NCBI RefSeq assembly: GCF_006345805.1
Contig: NC_043000.1
Location: 14,632,001-14,696,000, forward strand
Source of the DNA: Octopus sinensis
Lineage: Eukaryota
DNA: 64,000 nt
Direction: 5' to 3'
The notes under the pieces were generated by a model, which saw only the letters and a program-made list of their open reading frames with translations, searched no databases and was not told the origin of the DNA. Shown one piece after another: positions 51,181-64,000 of the stretch. Numbering within the stretch: the first letter of the stretch is position 1; each line of letters begins with the position of its first letter. The position numbers and the translations under genes were made by a program.

Positions 51181-51364
51181 TACTCTTTTACTTGTTTCAG
51201 TCATTTGACTGTGGCCATGCTGGAGCACCGCCTTTAGTTGAGCAAATCAACCCCAGGACTTACTCTTTGTAAGCCTAGTTCTTATTCTGTCGGTCTCTTT
51301 TGCCAAACTGCTAAGTTACGGGGACGTAGGCACACCTGCATCGGTTGTCAAGTGATGTTGGGAG

Positions 51365-51421
<57 letters not shown>

Positions 51422-51590
51422 ACACATATATACAACAAGCTTCTTTCAGTTTCCCTCTACCAAATCCACTCACAAGGCTTTGGTCAGCCCGAGGCTATAG
51501 TAGAAGACACTTGCCCAAGGTGCCACGCAATGGGACTGAACCTGGAACCATGTGGTTGGTAAGAAAGCTACTTACCACACAGCCACTCCT
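51181..51590 (-). mobile_element. SINE family A
   Basis: Full-length reverse copy. Confidence 0.9.
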
Positions 51591-51605
51591 ACACTTATAT
51601 TGGAG

Positions 51606-52150
51606 CAGGGATCACTAAACTACAGCCCCCCTTCGGCCAAATCTGGCCTGTGAGGTCAATTCATCTGGTCTGCTGCTGCACTATACCTTTTGTGTAAGTA
51701 TCTACAACGAGGGTTCATTTGCCTCTGTTATGACATCAGTGTTTGGAATAACTTATGTCTGTGAGCAAACAATTTCAAAAATTAAGTTTGTGAAGTCAGG
51801 ACATCGAATGAGGTTGACTGATGAACATTTGAAAGCAATTCTCTTAGTTGGATGCAGCAAGTCCATAGCAAATGTTGATATTTTAAAAGCTAAACACCAG
51901 TTTCACAAATCTCACTAACCATTTTTGCTGCTTAGTTTGTGAGATTCGATGTGTGCGCACTGGGTGTGATATAACTATCTTATTGCTAATGTTGCTTTCT
52001 TTGATAACTTTTTGGTAAATGAATATGGTTATCTTGATTTTTTTTTTTTTGTGTATTCGCTGTATTGTATTGAACAAAATAGTTATGTGACCCACGCTCA
52101 ACATTCTCTCAGTTATCTGGTCCGCTGTGAAAAAAGTTTGGTGGCCCCTG
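51606..52150 (+). mobile_element. Internally deleted hAT (Charlie/SPIN-like) transposon retaining the dimerisation-domain tail
   Basis: TIRs CAGGGATCACTAAACT / AGTTTGGTGGCCCCTG; TSD TATTGGAG/AGTTGGAG; SVFGITYVCEQTISKIKFVKS..RMRLTDEHL...QFHKSH*. Confidence 0.85.
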
Positions 52151-53681
52151 AGTTGGAGTGAGTGTACAGTAATGTCTGTCAGTGATAATGATGGGATTGA
52201 TGGTAGTCATTTTTGTTGTTGTTGTTGTTCAGATACCTTTCTACCTTCACACCAAGTCAGACCAGCTGAAGCAATTGTATGTAGTATGTCCGCTCAGCAG
52301 TTGTTGAATGGTTGTGATTCACAGATCATACTCCAGATATGCTGCATCTTTAGATGTTTAAAAGGAGACAATCCTGCTGATTCTGGCATGTGATAACATC
52401 TTAAGGGATGTGCTGAGGCAATCTGAGCTTGTTAGGTCTTCTCTGCTCTTTTTGTATGTCCTTAGATTATGGTAGTTGTGGTCACAGTGGAAGTGGGCAA
52501 GGTGGTCTCATTTGCTGTTCCTATGCAGTTATGGCTATTAGATATCTTTCAAATAGTGGGGGTGTGATCAACATTACAAGAGCAGGAGTGGACACCAAGA
52601 AAATAGACAAGCTCAAGAGGCTGACCAAAGACAAGATAGTGAGATCTCACCTGTTACCTGGGGCCTACATGGTCATGACTAGTCAGAGACAGAGAGCAGT
52701 GGAAGGAATCCAGGGTGGGGTTCCTCTTTCAGGAGTAATGAAACCTAGGATAGAATAGGATGTAGTTACATCTCATGGTGTATAGTTCTCTTTGGTGTTC
52801 GTGGGGTCTAACGGATCATGTCTGTGTGATCAGTTATTTTGAGTATTTTGTAGTTCATTGTGTTGGCGGTCTGTGTTGTGGGCTGCTGTTGTTCAGACCT
52901 GATTAAGCAGACCTATGATTAAAAGCATTCCTATTGTGACTATCCCATCTTTTTTGTAAAGTTTTGATTACATTGTCCTAAGTTTCCTTTTCTAAAACAG
53001 TAAGGTGTGATTTGAGAGAGATTTGACTGCTATTTTTATCATGTTTGAATAATCATGTTGAGGCTCCTTTGACTCTATATCATCAACTTCTGTCTTGGAG
53101 GTGGTAGTGGCAGTAATGGTGTCCTTGTTTGCAGTAATGGTATACTCTGATATCTATTAGTGGTAATGGTAGTGTTTTGAGCAGACTGATATTTACTAAT
53201 TAGTGTTGCTAATGAATAATGATTGCTGCCAACACTTGGCAGCACCAACTTTATCTAATCTTAAAATATTTTCTTCTATTTATTTTGATATATTCTTCAC
53301 TTATTTATTCTTCCATTTGTTAGCTTTCTTTTATGCGCTTCTATTTTGTCTCTCTTTTTTTCCTTCTTTTTTATGAATTCCATCTGTGCAATGGAATGCT
53401 TTCAAGTCATTGCCCTTGACACACCACTGTCGCAGTATCCTCCACCACCTCAACCACATTATTGTGGGGGTGTTATGCTAATGGCCAATAATACATTTTA
53501 TATCTCTAGCTCTTCACTGATACACTTGGTTAGATCTATGGTATTTTCAGCTTTATTAGTTTACTAATTAATAACTTTCAGCATCAATGATGATCTGTCT
53601 TACTAATAAATATCACCCCCTTTCATTGGTATTAAAAGCATCACTGTGCACTGACGTTATTGTTACTGTTGGACAACTTAA

Positions 53682-53900
53682 CCCTTTAGTATTTAAACCG
53701 GCCATATCCGGCCAAAATATTTAATCTGTTTTATGTTCAAACTGACCAGATCCAGGCCCTCACACCTATTCTTCAATGTTATTCTACATTAAGTAATTGC
53801 ACCATCAAGATCTTGAAGTTATGAGATAATGCATGATTAATTCAAATCAATGGGAATCAATAGGTATTATGTTTGATAGAATAATCTGAACACTAAAGGG
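53682..53900. mobile_element. TTAA-flanked MITE family 2 (piggyBac-type)
   Basis: TTAA-CCCTTTAGT...ACTAAAGGG-TTAA; degraded copies near 8243-8463, 11983-12200, 39492-39672, 49282-49452, 58550-58760 and 60900-61072. Confidence 0.9.
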
Positions 53901-54687
53901 TTAAAGGCATCTGAGTTGAGTAGCTTCAACGGGATGCTTTACAGTATCTGATTGCTTGCTTTTCACTATCTTTCTTTCTATAATCTCTGTCTGTGCGAAT
54001 AGTAAGTGTTAAGTCCATTGATTATATCTTCTTGCTTATAAAAACAGCAATGTTACCAATGAATGAGTTGCATATTTGTGGGTCGGTGTTGATGGTACAG
54101 AATTAAATTAGATGTATTATTATGGTAGTGCACCACTGTCTTATATTCAAGAACAGTTATTTTCCATTATGTGTGGTGTCTGAATGTAGTGTCATTATCC
54201 ATTGGCTTAGCAATTGATTAAGTAGACCCATAAGGCTTTACATTTTTATGATGATAGAGGCTTTTGTTTGTCAATTCTAGCAGAGTGACCATGGTATTGT
54301 AAGGTGCAGTGTGGAAATCCAAGTATGTTTGCACCCATTTTACGGCCCTGGTTGTTCTTTTATGATCAACAGTTCAGGTAATGGCCATCTAAGAGACCAG
54401 CATGGAAAAATTCAGACAAGAGGTAGCTTTAGATTTTGGCTGACAGTACAGTGTTTACTTCGATCAAATGGGAAAATACTTGTTCCATTTTCTTTAGTAA
54501 GATTGAATATGTAATTATTGGGGATACGTGGGTTACTGATGACTCTAGCAATAATCTGTGCTCCTTACCTTAGTTTTTCAGTAAGTGGTCTGCAATGGTG
54601 GTTTGAGCCAGTGGGACAGTTTCTATATTACTTGATCTCCTTTAGCAAAACTTCCAGAAATCTAGCTTGAACCTGGAATGTCATTAA

Positions 54688-54907
54688 CCCTTTCGCTACC
54701 AACCCAGCTGAAACCGGCTCTGGTTCTGAGTACAAATGTCTTGTTTTCACAAGATTTGAATTAAAATCTTCCACCAAGCCTTAGTCACAATTTATGTTCC
54801 TAACACTAGCTTAATGATAACTAAGTTATTTTACTAAATTCTTTGTTATATTTAAAGTAATTGAAAGAAACACAGAGCATCTCAAAATAAATACTGTAAC
54901 AAAAGCG
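54688..54907. mobile_element. TTAA-flanked MITE family 1
   Basis: TTAA-CCCTTTCGCTAC...GTAACAAAAGCG-TTAA. Confidence 0.9.
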
Positions 54908-55422
54908 TTAAGTAATACGATATGTCAGACAGTTCATCTTGAGTATGTAAGGACTTATAAAGACATAGCTTTAGTGACTCATCATCATTTAACATCCATG
55001 TTCTATGTTGGCATGGGTTGGACAGTTTGACAGGATCTGATGGGTCCAAGGACTGCATTGTGCTCCAGTCTGTTTAGGCATGGTTTGTAAAGCTGGGTGC
55101 CCTTTCTTACTCCATCCACTTTACAGTGTGTACTGGGTGCTTTTTCATGCCACTGGCACTGGTGAGGCTCACCATGCAACTCACAAAACTACAAAACCTG
55201 AAAATGTTTGGGAACCACTGATTTACAACAATCACATGAGGTCAAGGCAAGGAGACACACACACACAGACGGAAACTGAAAGAATCCTGTCATAAATGTG
55301 TGTGTGTACACGACAGATGTCTTTCCATTTCCATCTATCTTATCCACTCTCAAGGTTTGGTTGGCCCATAGCTATAATGGCTAACACTTGCTCAAGGTGC
55401 CCACAGTGGGACTAAACCTTAA

Positions 55423-55867
55423 CCCTTTTGTTACTATATTTCTATTGAGATACTCTGTATTTCTTTCAATTAATTTTAAATATAACAAAAGAATTTAGTA
55501 AAATAACTTTATCATTAACCCTTTCATTACCAACCTGGCTGAAACCGGCTCTGGCTCTGTAGTACAAATGTCTTGTTTTCATTAGTTTTGAATTAAAATC
55601 TTCCACCAAACCTTAGTCACAATTTATGTTCCTAACACTAGCTGAATGATAACTAAGTTATTTTGCTAAATTCTTTGTTATATTTAAAGTAATTAAAAGA
55701 AACACAGAGTATCTCAAAATAAATACGGTAACGAAAGGGTTAAGTTAGTGTTAGGAACATAAATTGTGACTAAGGTTTGGTAGAAAATTTTAATTCAGAA
55801 CATTTGAAAACAAGACATTTGTACTACAGAGCCAGAGGCGGTTTCAGGTTGGTTGGTATCAAAAGGG
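55423..55867. mobile_element. MITE-1 containing an inverted MITE-1 (55519-55739), both inside an old SINE-A
   Basis: TTAA at 55419, 55515, 55740 and 55868; removing the inserts restores the host sequences. Confidence 0.9.
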
Positions 55868-56402
55868 TTAAACAATGTGATTGGGAAGCAAACTTTGTAA
55901 CTACACAACTATGTCTGTACCTACTATCTGAATATTTGCCTCGAACCAAAATAGATAAAAAGCTCCATCATCCTCATTTAATGTCCATTTTCTTAAACTT
56001 AGTTCCTGAATTAAAGGCTGGAGTGCATTTAATCATAAATCTGCTCATTCTGAGCTCACCTGGGGCTAAACATTTCCAATGTACTTTTAGTTATACCAGA
56101 GTAAATGGTATAACTCTGAACAAATAGACCTGTTGGTTACACACCTAATCGTTTTGACTGACAACATCAGTGTCATAGGTCTACTCAATCCGACCTGACT
56201 GGGGCCACGCATCTTCAACAACACTATCACCATTATTGCTACAGCTGCTGCAAGTAAAAAGCCTTAAATCTAACACAGAGGGGTCAAAATATTCTGTTGC
56301 TTGAGCTTTATATAGTTTCTTCATCTCTCTCTGTTTTCACTTTGTTTCTATTATTATCTTCCTATTTGTATGTCCATTTATCTCTCTCTCTCATTCTCTG
56401 TC

Positions 56403-56440
<38 letters not shown>

Positions 56441-56514
56441 ATCTTTGAACAAATAATCACACTCACTGTTGACATCTCTTATCTCTATGCTATAGCATTT
56501 AAAATACACACACA

Positions 56515-56645
56515 CACACACATACACACCTGGCATGCACACACACGCACATACACACCTGGCATGCACACACACACACGCACATACACACCTGGCATGC
56601 ACACACACGCACACATACACGCACACATACACACCTGGCATGTAC
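56515..56645. repeat. ~29-bp minisatellite (CACATACACACCTGGCATGCACACACACG), four copies
   Basis: Directly visible. Confidence 0.85.
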
Positions 56646-57877
56646 GCATACACACTTATATACAAGAACACTCGCATGTATATGTTCAGAGTACTTCAAC
56701 CAAGTTGACTGTGACCCTGGTTATAGCCTCCTGCTGTCTAACCTGGTGGAAAGTAGGCAGGTGGGACTGTTTGGGTGGTGTTGGAGCAGTAGGTTGACAT
56801 TCCTGAAATACCTTTACCTTTCTATGTAACACCTCTTCCTGATTGTTTCTACTCACTGAATACCTTTGTGTTCCCCACCTGCTTATAGGTTTGTTCAATG
56901 ATTTTTCTTTCTTTCTTTTGTCCTTCTGCAGCTTCATTGTTTGGCTACTGGGCGGGGGGGGGAGCCTTCCACTAATAGAATATTGGTTAAGATGTTAATA
57001 ATGATGATGATGTGTTAATAATTTCTAACAAATATAAAACAACAGAATTTAGAGAGAGAGTACAATTCGTTATATTGAGTTCTTGGTACTTCATTGAAAG
57101 TTATTTTGAGCCTGGAAGGTTGAAAGATAAACTCAGCCTCAACAGGATATGAACAGAGAACATTAAAGGACATCACTAAATTCTGAAAAAAAACCCATCT
57201 TCTGATGCTTTACCAATAACCATTTTCTTTATAATGGTTTATATATATATATATACATATATATATATAAATTAGAAAAAAACACCTTTTATCAATTCAA
57301 AATGAAGAATTAAATTACACCATCTAGAAAATTATATATAATAGAAATATTAAATATAAGATAAAAATAATAAATCTATGATTAAGTAATATACAAAATA
57401 ATAAATAAAACGTATATATTTGGTAGAATAATTCTAAATTGAATTTTTCTCTGTAAGTTAGGAATAATATTCCCTCAAATTATTATTATTATTATATATA
57501 TGTATATATATCTTAGCATAATGTTTATTTTTATGAGTTATTAACAATCTAATTGAACCTAGTACATGCGTAGTGCTAATTTTATCAGTGTTGGTGATGG
57601 ATGAGAAGAAAAGACTGAGGCAGCTTCAACCTGCATTTGAACCCAAAATTCTAAGTATACAGGAAGATATCATAAGGTATTTGACCTGGTACTAAACTAT
57701 TTCTGCAACTGGGAGCAGTGGTGTGGTATTGGGGAGATGTGACGTTTTTCCAGTAGCAGCATAGATAAATAGCTCTTTACATAAATTTAGAGGAAATAGA
57801 AATTTATTTAAGTAGACCAGTATCTTTACTAAGTATCCACAAGAGTTAGATTTGAACTCAAAACTTTCAAGTATTAG

Positions 57878-57944
<67 letters not shown>

Positions 57945-58242
57945 ATGATATATATCATAAAGCATCTATTAGCTTACTGTTCTTTTAATAATAGTAAAAC
58001 CAACCATTTTCATCTTGTACATTCACATACACAAACAAATTTATACAAATACTCATGCATTTAGATATACATCTCTATATACACTCAGATGTGTATATAC
58101 TTGACATGCTCTCAACAAGCAAAGTTTATGACCCAATTGTAACTATTTCGCTTAATAACTTTTGAAACCATGAATCACTTCTACAAATTCCTGATCCATT
58201 TGGCTATAACACCCTTTGATGGTTGCTCCTTTATAACAAATT

Positions 58243-58306
58243 CAAATAATTGAATTTCTTGTAATTAAATAATTGAATTTCTTACAGTTAAATAATTGAA
58301 TTTCTT
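58243..58306. repeat. ~23-bp tandem repeat, three copies (AAATAATTGAATTTCTT core)
   Basis: Directly visible. Confidence 0.85.
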
Positions 58307-59275
58307 TCGCATATACATGTTTGTGATTTGCAGACATGGTTGTATGGTTACAAAGTTCATTTTGTGACCAAATGGTCACAAGTTCAGTCTGACTGCTCAG
58401 CACCTTTAGCAAGCATCTTCTATTATTGCCTCCTACCAACCAATGCCTTATGAGTGAGAAATTGATGAATGGAAACTGCACGGAAGCCTGTCATAAATCA
58501 GTTTTAATGACAGAAGTCTAAGTAGATAAAATTATAAATAATAGCGTTTAACCATTTTGTATTGAGTTTATTCTGTCAAATGTAGTTCTAATTTATTCAC
58601 ATTGTTTTGAATTAATCATGTATTATTATCTTGTAACTTCAAGATTTCACTGATGTGATTATTTATTTTTAGAATGACGTGATAGGGTAGATCTGACAAC
58701 TTTGAACATGAAACAGGTAGAATAATTTGACTGGATTTGACCAGTTTAAATGCTAAGGGATTAAATATTGAGTTAAAAACTCCTTGGATGGAAAAAGTTG
58801 AATGCTACCCATGGGACACAAACTACATCTCTGTAACCGTGACAGACAATCTACTATTGACTGCCTTTGACTTTCCCCATCCAAAAGTTTTTATAAGTTA
58901 GTATTTAAACACTATTATTTATAGATTTATCTACTACGAGTTCCTGTGTAACAAAAACAATTTCACGTTTCTCAGTTTCTAAATTCATATGACATTAATA
59001 AATATATATATCACATGATTGATTAAACTATTGAATGTTGTTATACATCACTAGTCGCATGGCATTTTGCAGTGTTTTAGCTTTTGAATGATGCCACCCT
59101 ATTAGTTAGGCAAGTAAGCCAATAGTAATCCTGATCAGAAGGCTGATGGGCTGAAGCAATGTGAAATGAAGTATTTTGCTCAAGGATACAACACACCACT
59201 CAGTCTGGAGATCTAACCCATGACCTAGCAATCATGACTAACACCATAACCACTAGGCCCTGCTAAATGTGCATT

Positions 59276-59340
<65 letters not shown>

Positions 59341-59499
59341 AGGTTTGGAGATGATGTACAGGTATTATATATTAGAAGAAATGAGGTATTCAGAAATCTG
59401 GATGGTTTTATATTTACAGATATTTATTATGTCACATGTTTTTATAAATCATATATTAGCACTTGCGTCCACTTTCTTCATTGGACACAAGATCATCTC

Positions 59500-59845
59500 C
59501 TCTAATGTCTCATCCCCTCTCAAAATTCCTTGTCTTGCAAGTTACTTGGTGACCTTGCAGGTGCTCGTGCCACCTAAAAAGCATCCAGTCCACACTGTGA
59601 AGTGGTTGGCATTTGGAATGGTATCCAGCTGTAAAATCATGCCAAAACTGACCTCAGTTTTATGCTGGTGCCACATAAAAAAGTACTCAGGCCACTCTGC
59701 GGGTGGTTGGTGTTAGGAAGGGCATCCAGCTGTAAAAACCATGCTAAAACAGATACAGTAGCCTGGTGTAGTCTTGTACCTGGTTGGCTCCTGTCAAACC
59801 ATCCAACTTATGCCAGCATGGAAGACGGATATTAAATGATGATGC
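59500..59845 (+). mobile_element. SINE-like family C, diverged, forward orientation
   Basis: GTTAGGAAGGGCATCCAGCTGTA...CCAGCATGGAAGACGGATATTAAATGATGATG. Confidence 0.75.
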
Positions 59846-62800
59846 ATGCATGAAAGTTTTCATTTCTGCTTTGCATTTGAAAACATCTGAGTAATAAAAC
59901 AATGTTATCATTCCTCATGAATGTTATGTCCCATACCTCTGTGCTCTCAAAGTTGTGGAATAAAAACTCCCTAACTTAATAGACTGTTATGAATAGCCTT
60001 TGGCTGTAAAAATACTGCTGCAAATAAGTATCTGTCCAACCTATGCCATCAGAGAAAAATAGGTGTAAAGCAAAGATAAATTTGTTTGTGTGTGTGCACA
60101 TATGTATGTTTGGCAGGATGTGTTTCTGTTTGAAGAAGTGACTCGTTATTGTGATTATGTATGTGTACCTGTTACAATTCTGTCCCTGTATTGTTAAAAC
60201 TAACTATGGCATACATAGCTACTGCTTTTTCATATAGTCGCCTTGAAAGCATGGATATTGTCTGTGGTATTGTAGATCTTGACATCAAAGTGTATTGATC
60301 CATATAGGTATTGAGCAGTTTGTGGTAGAGTAAGAGAGCTTTTTTTTGTACAAGCTTCTATGGTGGTGTTCTCTTTCTGTACAGAAGTCAGTTTTAGTTT
60401 ATCAGGATATTTGATTGTGAAAGATCATCAGATTAGTTATAATGTATTTCTATGAGATGCATTGTGATAAATACTGAAATGTTTACAGGTATTTCTGTTG
60501 TATAAGGTAGTAGAAAAGTTGTTTGAATGGATTTACAATGGTTGGCTGTCTCCTGGAGAGCAATTTTTTTCTTACTACTTAAACACTGGAGGGTTAAAAA
60601 AACAACTATGACATACCATATCCCTAATTTCACTAAATATGTTTATATCTCTCTGTTCAAGCTCCACACAGGCCCCAAATAATCTTATTACCAAGATTAT
60701 GCAAGACATCAGTATATATATTTTTAAGGTCTGTTTTAAATACCAGCTTAATATATCAATAAATATAAAGTTACTGTATTTTATTTGTGTACAAGTCACT
60801 CTAGTTTATACTTAATTTTTAACTGAAAAAAATAGATTTAACTCTAAATTAGAGGTGTGACTTATACATGAGTAAATATGGTAGTTATTATAAATAAACT
60901 ACTCGCAGAATGCTTATCTATTCATATTGTTTTTAATTAATCATAAACCGTTTTGTAACCTCAAGATTTTGATGATGTGATTGTTTATTTTTAGAATGAC
61001 ATTGTACAACCAGTTTGACCATAAAGCAGGTAGAATATTTTGACTGGATATGGTTGGTTTAAATGCTAAAGGATTAAACTGAATGTATCCTTGTTTGAAA
61101 TAGATATTCACAAAATAGTTAATGCTTCTCACCCACTATTCCAGGTTATCTTCTTTCTTGGCACATTAGTTTCTACATTTCTTTATTTCAACTCTTCATA
61201 TTTCAAGGCAGCTGGCAGTTAATCCAGCTAATCTGAGTTGTAAGAAAATTGTATAGGCATTTTAATGTGATGTAATCTATGCATAAGTGAGAAGAGAAAA
61301 TAACTTTAAATGGTCATCAAAGATTTAAATATGTTCATTGTGTTTTCAAACCTCATAAAAGTCTGTGAATTTCTGTACTGCGAGGAGAGGAGAATGTTTT
61401 GCCAGAGCCTTTAGTATGAGAAGTCTTTTGGAAGGTTGTAAAATTTTGATTACCACTTTTTTCCTCAGGTTCTTGTTGTTGCTGCTGTTTTACTCCAGGT
61501 CAGTTTTAATCTCTAAGACTTATGATCAAAAGTATTCTAACTACAAACAACCCATCTTATTTTCATGTCTTTATTTCTAATATATCTAGGATTACATCAT
61601 CTGTATGCTACTTTAAGATAGTAAGCTGGTTTTGCTGCTGTTTCTAGTTTGAGCAACTGTGTGGAGTTTAGTTTCTCTGAACACTAGCACTTTGGTTTTT
61701 TTTTTTTTTTTTTTATTCTGCAGTGTCTGTTATAGAGAAATTTTTATTGAGTCTATTAATAGAGCATATTTTAGGGGACTGAAACCTAAGTCCTTTTTAA
61801 GGAAACATGTTAAAAAGAAAATCTATTTAAGTTTTAGGATTTAGTTACAAGATGTTGCATGGCGTTTTGAGAAGTGCATCATATAGAGAGCATGGGTATT
61901 TGGGTTGATAAAGTATCAAACAGATAGGTGAAAGTATAATGGATACATCTTCTCACCAGTACTTCTGTGTGTCCATAGCCAAGGCACTTATATCTAACGA
62001 ATCGGTCCACCTATAAATGTAAGCAAATATTGTACAACAGGAAGAACTCACTGTTGCAAACAGTGTTAGTAGTAGTAAAGCTGATAAATGTTAGCTGTAC
62101 TGAGTAAAACTTCTACATTGGCAGCTGAATCAGTGTGATCTTATCTATAACTCAAGATATGATCACCCATTGGTAGATACTTCCGCTCATGTGAAATTTA
62201 ATTGGTTGAATCATCTAACAACAGATGTAAGGATCAGCTAAGGAAGGAAGGAAGATATATCAGAGAGAGAGACACTTGATAGGTCAGCGGCCCTCATAGT
62301 TTAATTCTTCCTTATCCTCACTGTTATAAGCTGTTTAAAGTATTATATTAATTGAAGATTAATGTTCTAAGATTTAGATTGTGCTTCATGGCCTCTTTGA
62401 GCTAGCATATTGTTTGAAGTAAAAATGGAAAGGTCAGTTGAGAGAGGGAAATAGAAGACAAATTAGGTTAAGAAAAAAATTCTCTTGTAAATGATTTATT
62501 TCAAGAACACGTCTTTTGTTTTCTTTTGTTGCTATGTTTTTTAACCTCAGTTTTATTGTAAATGGGGCTGAGTTTCAGAAGCTTTGGATATTTTGAAATT
62601 TTAGATGACTCATTAGAGTAAATATATTTTATAGCTTAGAATATGTTTTAAGACTGGCTATTCAACTTTCATGTTTAAATTTCTAAAATGAGTTGTTGCG
62701 ATAGTAATTACGATTTTCCAGCCTGTTAACTTCATTTTTCAGAAAAGAAGGTCAATGCTTGTAACTTTTGTAGTTTTGTTGGTTTCTCTTAGAAATTGGG

Positions 62801-63737
62801 ACAATTTCTATTGATTTTTTTTTTTTTTTTTATATATATATTGGCTCAAAGAGGAAGGGTATAGTCGATTGAATCATCTCAATTTATCAGGAGATACCTG
62901 ACCCTCTTATCCAATACTCAAATAACTGGAACTTTCAAGCTACCAGCATTCAGAAAAAAAAAGTAAAAAAGAAAATGTGTTAATTTGTGCTAATTTGTGT
63001 TCATTAATTAGTTGTTATTAATAGCCATCTACTGTGTCTAAAATGGCTTGTTGCTTCTCAAAGTACAGTACAATATATTCTTTTACTTGCATTGTAACTA
63101 GTGATGTATAACAACATTTACAATACCTAAACTTATTCCACACTTAAATTATATTTTTATTTCTTCCTATTTCTCTCATTTCTACTATATTTAGAATATT
63201 AATGATAACACTGATGAATATATAGAATTTTAATGACTTCTGCAAGATGCAATGGTCATTTAAAGTGATGGTCAGAGATGGGGAAAATTCAGTTATCCAG
63301 CATCCCTTTGGGGCCAGTGATGATGGATAGGAGGTAGTTTACTGTACCCATCATTTTCAATCTCAGACAGATAGAAAGTGCTGTAAAGGGACACAAGTAC
63401 TACAGGGTATTTTGTCTGGTGTTCTTTATTTCTGCAACTTCACCACTGAGTTAGAATTGTTGCCAGTTAATGACTACAGTAGAGTATGGGACTACCTGGT
63501 TGTAGGTTCAAATCTGCAGTAAAACTGTTTAATTTATACTGATTCAGTTCACCTAACTGTCAACAGCTGATATGAGAAGCTTGGTTTAGCTGACTGCTAT
63601 TCTAGACTGAAGTATATATGTTTAAAACAATAGGATCTCTCTGTGGTAGATATATAAGCAATATTTCAAATGTTAGCTGTATATAAGTTCAGTAAAAACT
63701 TAACTGGCTGTTATTGAATGTTGAAAGTACTGCTTAA

Positions 63738-63959
63738 CTCTTTAGCATTTAAACCAGCCATATCCAGCCAAAAGTATTCTGCCTGTTTTATGTTCAAACT
63801 GGCCAGATCTGGTCTCTCACACCAACCCTACAATATCGTTTTAAAAATTAACAGCTACCTCATCAAAATCTCGTAGTTACAAGATAATGCATGATTAGTT
63901 CAAAACAATGTGGATAAAAAAGTGATTAATTTTGGCAGAATAATGCGAACACTAAAGGG
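63738..63959. mobile_element. TTAA-flanked MITE family 2
   Basis: TTAA-CTCTTTAGC...ACTAAAGGG-TTAA; body matches 53682-53900. Confidence 0.9.
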
Positions 63960-64000
63960 TTAAGGTTTCCTTCGAGTTAGATCTTGTGGATATTGGTTTT

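Noticed and set aside
52210-52870. Possible I/Nimb-clade LINE 3' relic with (AAC)n tail
   Set aside because: Only a faint LAHFHCDH..LRTY resemblance; too degraded to call
60610-63347. Tigger/pogo-like termini (ends at ~60883 and ~63346)
   Set aside because: Only one recognisable end each; matching TIRs could not be confirmed

Overview
AT-rich, repeat-dense eukaryotic genomic DNA. The SINE families and the (TA)n/(CA)n load resemble those of an octopus (cephalopod) genome; this is recognition from memory, not a search result. I find no host protein-coding exon. Nearly all listed ORFs are microsatellite or SINE artefacts, and the recognisable protein fragments are dead transposon pieces: RTE, CR1-like and CRE LINEs, mariner, hAT and a possible Crypton. 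The window holds at least four SINE-like families, two TTAA-flanked piggyBac-type MITE families, Helitron/Helentron non-autonomous elements, a 5 kb TA-based satellite and several nested insertions. The most notable signal is three unrelated short repeats that each carry a minimal type I hammerhead-ribozyme (HHR) fold with a palindromic helix III. One has a compensatory G3-C8 core swap and one sits behind a tRNA-derived Pol III head. A fourth repeat shows compensatory base changes between its two copies. By eye, a CpG-retaining domain (~23.7-35.5 kb) lies between CpG-depleted flanks, with candidate regulatory clusters at ~31.1 kb and ~35.1 kb. Boundaries of degraded elements are approximate.
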